Positions 52,434 through 56,958 of a stretch of 56,958 nt of DNA are shown in pieces; position 1 is the first letter of the stretch, and each line of letters starts with the position of its first letter. The translations under genes and the position numbers were made by a program. Origin of the DNA: an uncultured Collinsella sp. (lineage in GTDB: Bacteria; Actinomycetota; Coriobacteriia; Coriobacteriales; Coriobacteriaceae); assembly GCA_937997605.1 (NCBI GenBank), contig CALLFD010000157.1, forward strand, positions 1 through 56,958, read 5' to 3'. Below the pieces are notes generated by a model. The model was not told the origin of the DNA and did no database searches. It saw nothing but the letters and a program-made list of their open reading frames with translations.

Positions 52434-53068
52434 CGGATCGCCTCTTTCCTCTTGTACGCCGCCAGCTCGCGCTCGACCTGTTCGTTGCCCGTGGCGTTGA
52501 CCCACCGGGGCCATTTCACCCGGTCGCACGGCTCGTCGACTCCGGCGAACCATTCCCTCAGCTCGTCGAGGCTCACCGGGGAGTGCCCGTTGGCATCGCA
52601 ACCGACGTCGTAGCGCAGAAGGCCCTGCTTGCGGTTGAACTCGTTGTACGCGCCGCCGCTGCTGTGGATGTGCCCGTGGAGGTGCCACGATCCATGGCTC
52701 ATGCCCTGCCAGTCGGCCATGGGGTAATGGCTCAGGACGATCTTCTGCCCGTCGATCTTGAGCACGCAGATCGGCGGCTCCACGGTGAAGGCGCCCGCGA
52801 CCGCCGGCCGGGTCCAGTCCTTGTCGTGGTTTCCCGGGACGAGGTGGATGCGCCTGCAGGCGATCCGCTTGCGCAGCCCGTAGGCGTCCTGGGCGGTCAT
52901 CTTGAATGAGAAATCCCCCAGGATGTAGAGCTCGTCGTCCACGGCAACCTTGCCGTTGATGCTGTCGACGATTGCCGAGTTCATCTGCCAAATCGTCTCC
53001 CACGGGCGGTCGGTGAACTTCAGCACGTTCTCATGCCCGAAGTGGGTGTCGCTGGTAAACCAGATCAT
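52430..53068 (-). CDS. Calcineurin-like metallophosphoesterase 1 (distinct, AQ1575-like subfamily)
   Basis: FTSDTHFGH, LGDFS, PGNHD, SHYP, HGHIH, DVGCD; AAAGGAG RBS. Confidence 0.92.
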   Translation of the reverse strand: MIWFTSDTHFGHENVLKFTDRPWETIWQMNSAIVDSINGKVAVDDELYILGDFSFKMTAQDAYGLRKRIACRRIHLVPGNHDKDWTRPAVAGAFTVEPPICVLKIDGQKIVLSHYPMADWQGMSHGSWHLHGHIHSSGGAYNEFNRKQGLLRYDVGCDANGHSPVSLDELREWFAGVDEPCDRVKWPRWVNATGNEQVERELAAYKRKEAIR

Positions 53069-53232
53069 ATTTATGTCTCCTTTTATCGCTAAAAAACGTT
53101 CTCCCTCGAGGTCAGGAGACGTTTTATGAGCGACATGAGGTGCATATCCCTCATGTTTCAAGCTCCAATCTGCCGGATTTGCCTAACTAAAAGTTTACGC
53201 CCACGCGCGAACAGGATTTGATTTTTGAAATA

Positions 53233-53340
53233 TGGACGAATTCCTCGTCAGGAGGGTAAAATAGTGCCGACGGCAGCCCAAGTTGTAGAGAGCTGGGCAG
53301 AGCCGTTGCTTAATGAAGTTGGGTCATCGTCTTAGCGACG
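53233..53340 (+). ncRNA. Candidate convergent antisense RNA (antitoxin); 3' end undefined
   Basis: TGGACG-N18-TAAAAT promoter at 53233-53262 fires toward the toxin 3' end. No RBS or credible ORF follows it. Confidence 0.4.
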
Positions 53341-53457
53341 GTGGCCTTTCTTTTTGGGCTTCGAGCCCTGCTTGAGTGCCTTGGAAAGGCCGACAAGGGC
53401 CGTGAGGAGCGAGACCATAGCGGTCAGGAGCTTCACGAGCTCGGTGAAATCGGTCAT
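53332..53457 (-). CDS. Candidate type I toxin, 41 aa (MTDFTELVKLLTAMVSLLTALVGLSKALKQGSKPKKKGHRR); not in the ORF track
   Basis: GGGAGGTG RBS, TAGAAT -10 at 53526-53521, hydrophobic helix followed by a strongly basic tail. Confidence 0.7.
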   Translation of the reverse strand: MTDFTELVKLLTAMVSLLTALVGLSKALKQGSKPKKKGHRR

Positions 53458-53703
53458 GGGCATCACCTCCCATCGGATGGAGGGCTCTGCCCGGCACGAG
53501 GGCTGCCGACAGCAAGGACGATTCTATCAGAGCGGCTGACTCCCGCCCGATTATTACCATCCCACCGCGCCTGTGCAAAAAAAGAGGGCCGCCAAACAGC
53601 GACCCTCCAGCGAAAGTGCATGTTATTTAGGACAGTCAAATTCTTTGAAAAACAAATGGCTGCTGTAGAATTACAAATAAGAGTCACCCGGAAGGAGCGA
53701 TCG

Positions 53704-54150
53704 ATGAAAAGCAAACGATTTGTCCTGAATGCGCTTCTGGTAGTAGCAATATTGACGCTCTTGGTCTTCTCCTACTCATACGTGAATCAGCCAAGATTTG
53801 GATATGCTTTATACGCTGTTTTTTCCGGCGAAACAACTTACAACACTTACAACACTATAGGCTTCATTGACGCGATCTTTTTCTATGTAGTCGGCCCCGT
53901 ATCAAGCGAACTGGTCGCTTTTGTTGTCAGCTACAACCTGAATCAACAAAGCCAAACTCACTCAGCGACTTCGGCCAAACAAGGAATCAATCTCTTCGCA
54001 ATAATGATAATTCTGCAAATTGCGACCGTGTTGATTATCGCCCTGACCGCAACAAACGTTTTGAAGTATGAGTTCGGATTCATCGCGAGCTGTCTCATGG
54101 CAATTGCCGCGGGTATAGCGGTTTCGTATACGACACCGGCAAAGAAGTAG
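53704..54150 (+). CDS. Lower-GC membrane protein (about 4 TM), unknown function
   Basis: GAAGGAG RBS before MKSKRF; four hydrophobic segments. Confidence 0.75.
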   Translation: MKSKRFVLNALLVVAILTLLVFSYSYVNQPRFGYALYAVFSGETTYNTYNTIGFIDAIFFYVVGPVSSELVAFVVSYNLNQQSQTHSATSAKQGINLFAIMIILQIATVLIIALTATNVLKYEFGFIASCLMAIAAGIAVSYTTPAKK

Positions 54151-54243
54151 ATCAACTAACAGGGCCTATTTGGAATCCGAATCGTCCATGGAGCCGTCGA
54201 TGCCGGTTTTGGTGTCGTCATCCGTATTGGGATCGTCATCCTT

Positions 54244-54280
54244 GGGGCTTATAGGACACACATTTTGTCCTATAAGCCCC
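54244..54280. repeat. 15-bp perfect inverted repeat, with a related inverted copy at 56794-56818
   Basis: GGGGCTTATAGGACA-CACATTT-TGTCCTATAAGCCCC. Confidence 0.85.
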
Positions 54281-54377
54281 GATCAATTCATACTCCTCAT
54301 CCTCGCCGAATTGCGAGTATGGCAGAATCGGCACTGGATGGCAGTGCGCTAGGGCACCGACGATAGGCTTTCCAAAA

Positions 54378-55577
54378 CTAGCGAGGCGTGTCTCCGCGAG
54401 CGTAATCGCCTCGGTCGACCGCGCGATCGACCTGCGGCGAGATGTCAACGTTACCACCATGGGCTCGACCTGCGGCGCGAACGCGATCATCGCCGGCATC
54501 GGGAACGGCGCCGGCATAGCGGTTGCGAATCTCCCTTGCGTAACCGCGACGCGCAAGAAGCTCATCGCGAACCGCCGGATCTTCGAGCAGGTCCTCATCG
54601 CACTTCGGTGCGATGAATTTGGGGAATGAATTGTAGGCGACGCCCTTGCTCGCTTTCGCTTGTTCGACCCACGCCGAGTACGCCTTCTTAAGACGTTGAA
54701 TGTAAATCTCACAGCGCTTCTCGTACGGCAACGCTCGCTCGGCTTCCAGCATGTTCTTTTCGAACGCCGCTTCAAGTTGTTTGACCGCGAAACGTCCGTC
54801 GAGTCGAGTCAGGTTGAAAGTGCACTTCGGATTGCCGGCCTCCTTGATATCGAGATCTGTCGCATAGACTCGATTGTTCTTGATGAAAATGTCTACGCCC
54901 CATGAGGCAAGTAGTTTTTTGAACTGCTCCATATTCTTTGGGTGACCTTCATTGATTGCAAGATGGATCAGCTCGCGCAGATTGTTTTTATAACTGTACT
55001 CACCGCGACCGATAATCTCCTTTTCTGTGTCGCGCGGCTGGCGATCACGAATCTTCGAATTTTTCTTTCCCTTTTCAAGTTGAGTAAGATTCCAAGCCTC
55101 GTCCATTTCACGGACCCACGCAGCGCGTTCGTACTTTCCGCGTCGCCCACCCGTCTCGCAACGTTTGCCGGTTAACAAATCGGTACGGTTAATCGCCATG
55201 TGCACTGCGTAGCGTTTTCCCGCCTTATCACTTTCCTCATGCAACGCGACAATCACTTGTTGATGCGGATAGTGCTTCGCAAGCCATTGCTCCGCGTAGG
55301 CCATACACGCATCTGGGGTCATCTTGCCTCCGTTGCAGCTGCACTCCTCGGGCAGAAACGCGAGAATCTGATGAAGCATCGTTATGCTCTTCGCGCCGGC
55401 ACGCGCGGACCTGTCGTGATGAAACATCTTCCGCGTCATAGCCATCTCGGAAAACCAGTACTTTCCGTTCGCGAGGTTCCAGCCGCCGCGGGCCAAAGCA
55501 CGCTTTCCGTTGATGTACTTGCGCACGTTCTTCGCGTAGCGTTCGGATGAAATACCTTTCTGCTTAATAACGGTCAT
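54378..55577 (-). CDS. Relaxase/mobilization nuclease (MOBP-like)
   Basis: N-terminal catalytic-Tyr region (RKYI), HQILAF.PEE, and variant HUH motif ALHEE...VHMAINR; overlaps mobC. Confidence 0.85.
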   Translation of the reverse strand: MTVIKQKGISSERYAKNVRKYINGKRALARGGWNLANGKYWFSEMAMTRKMFHHDRSARAGAKSITMLHQILAFLPEECSCNGGKMTPDACMAYAEQWLAKHYPHQQVIVALHEESDKAGKRYAVHMAINRTDLLTGKRCETGGRRGKYERAAWVREMDEAWNLTQLEKGKKNSKIRDRQPRDTEKEIIGRGEYSYKNNLRELIHLAINEGHPKNMEQFKKLLASWGVDIFIKNNRVYATDLDIKEAGNPKCTFNLTRLDGRFAVKQLEAAFEKNMLEAERALPYEKRCEIYIQRLKKAYSAWVEQAKASKGVAYNSFPKFIAPKCDEDLLEDPAVRDELLARRGYAREIRNRYAGAVPDAGDDRVRAAGRAHGGNVDISPQVDRAVDRGDYARGDTPR

Positions 55578-56148
55578 TGAGATCACCGCCGTCGGTGAAA
55601 TAGCGCCGCTCGAGCTCTCTTATGAAGAGAGTGACTTTGCGGGCGTTCTGGTAAACCTTTTCAAGCGTACGAAAAACAGCTTTCTCGTTGTACGCGGGAA
55701 GCCCTTGGGCGTTCACAAAATACATCAGCTGATTGAGGTTCGTTCCCTCGCGATACAGCTCGTGATAGATTTTCGCGACTTGGCTTTTATCGAAATCGAT
55801 CTTCTCGATTTTACCGGCAAGCATCACGCGGCGGGCATACGCACTGACGGTCGCACCGAGTATATCCGCCCGTTTGCGGATCGCCTCGTGCTCGCCATCG
55901 GTGACCTTAACGTAAATGACCTTCGAGCGCTTTTCGTCCGAATCACCTGAAACGGGTTGCAGCTTTTTTCTGCGGCCACCGTCATCATTTTTGGAAACTA
56001 GATTATCGAGTGATTCACTCCGATGGATCAAGTTATAACGAATGAGTTCGGCTTTCGTCATGCCTGCCTTTTCCGCCAAAGCGGAAAACGTTTCATATTC
56101 TTCAGAAGTGAGTGTCGCCTTAACGGTGTGTGGACGCTTGCGACTCAT
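55564..56148 (-). CDS. mobC: MobC relaxosome accessory protein with two RHH-like segments
   Basis: LTSEEYE...AEKAGMTKAELIR and VTDGEHEAIRKRADILGATVSAYAR, then the GTNLNQL MobC motif. Confidence 0.85.
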   Translation of the reverse strand: MSRKRPHTVKATLTSEEYETFSALAEKAGMTKAELIRYNLIHRSESLDNLVSKNDDGGRRKKLQPVSGDSDEKRSKVIYVKVTDGEHEAIRKRADILGATVSAYARRVMLAGKIEKIDFDKSQVAKIYHELYREGTNLNQLMYFVNAQGLPAYNEKAVFRTLEKVYQNARKVTLFIRELERRYFTDGGDLNDRY

Positions 56149-56324
56149 ATGCCCCCCAGGAAAGCAGAGCGAATCGGTGAGGCCACCGATTCAAAAACCG
56201 ATATGAGATTGCTTTCCTTTTTAGGAGCGACTGACGTCGCGCCGTTTTTTTTGAAGTGACGCCGTCGCTTCCCTTAGAAATGAAGGCGAACTTCATTTCT
56301 AACTTTATCGCCGTGAGAGGTGAT

Positions 56325-56400
56325 AAACAAGATGTGTTGGCAGATAAAGGGGGCGAGTATGGCCCCATTTATCTAGCCCAACACCAATCTTGCAATCACC
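56325..56400. other. Candidate oriT
   Basis: Imperfect hairpin AGATAAAGGGGGC...GCCCCATTTATCT followed by ATCTTGC (56387-56393), similar to MOBP nic sites; upstream of mobC. Confidence 0.5.
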
Positions 56401-56842
56401 GGAACGGCGATTGGGCGGAGCGTAGCGTAGACACGAAATGAGAGGCCTCGTTTCGAGCGAAAGGCTTCGCGGTGTCGTAGTGTCAGCGGAGACCGTGAGC
56501 GGAAGCGAATTTTTAACGCGAAGGATGCTGAGTGTTAGAAATTCGCTGTAGCGAGAGCGGAGCGGTAATGCGAATGCGAGGGATGCCGAGTTTTTGCATT
56601 ACCGCGCAGCGGACTCCGGGCGAGGGCTGGAGCAAGTTGATGGAAGACCTTACCGATTTGCGAACGGTTTTGCCCGAAGCATCCTGCACCGCCGGATTCT
56701 TTTGGAACGGCCTCTCGTTTGATTGCTTTCCTATCGTTTGCTCCCAGACTAGGCGTCTAAAAAAGGCGGCCGAAACCGGCCGCCCGCAAATAAGGCTTAT
56801 AGGACAAAATGTGTGTCCCGATAGAACACCCGTTTCCATCCA

Positions 56843-56958
56843 TTAATCCAGCCAGAACGGGTACGGGTCCCTGTGGTGGAGGTCCTCCCACACGGCCCTG
56901 TCTCCCCACTCCGGCCCTCCGTCCTCGCGCGACGGCGAGGCGGAGTAGACGCTGAACA
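56843..56958 (-). CDS. 3' end of a gene entering from the right edge (...DLHHRDPYPFWLD*)
   Basis: Open frame with high GC3 ending in TAA at 56845-56843. Confidence 0.5.
   Translation of the reverse strand, partial: FSVYSASPSREDGGPEWGDRAVWEDLHHRDPYPFWLD

Larger units (their letters stand above)
47556..56958. mobile_element. Integrative mobilizable element in tRNA-Arg(CCT); right end lies outside the window
   Basis: att fragment, tyrosine integrase, xis-like HTH, relaxase and MobC. No T4SS genes are seen in the window. Confidence 0.85.

Noticed and set aside
52434..53003. Long N-terminal extension on metallophosphoesterase 2 suggesting a fusion
   Set aside because: It is an alternative frame over metallophosphoesterase 1; an RBS and an ATGA overlap support the start at 52433.

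Overview
High-GC Coriobacteriia chromosome segment; gene content and intergenic repeat style suggest Collinsella (inference). The backbone carries arcC, PFOR (nifJ/por), recR-ybaB-dnaX and an actinobacterial phosphosignalling/division cluster: kinase, fhaA, fhaB, pstP, a fused rodA-pbpA, and pknB. Three accessory blocks are present. (1) A ~6.2 kb lower-GC island (6429-12634) lies between ~540-bp direct repeats of an FHA gene 3' end. It encodes an RRE-radical SAM/SPASM maturase, two Cys/Asp-rich precursor peptides sharing an MKHIHP leader (the second is absent from the ORF track), a 35-aa membrane peptide, an ABC exporter and a decayed methyltransferase. This is a candidate new ranthipeptide-type RiPP system and the most interesting signal in the window. 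(2) A ~15 kb carbohydrate island holds a fructoselysine operon (frlR, frameshifted YfcC transporter, frlC-frlB-frlD), a LevR-like regulator without GAFTGA, a mannose-family PTS with a GH32, and many gene remnants. (3) An integrative mobilizable element starts at a tRNA-Arg(CCT) 3'-half att site. It carries an integrase, three tandem metallophosphoesterases, an unannotated type I toxin-antitoxin-like locus and a relaxase/MobC/oriT module. All family assignments come from reading motifs; no database searches were run.
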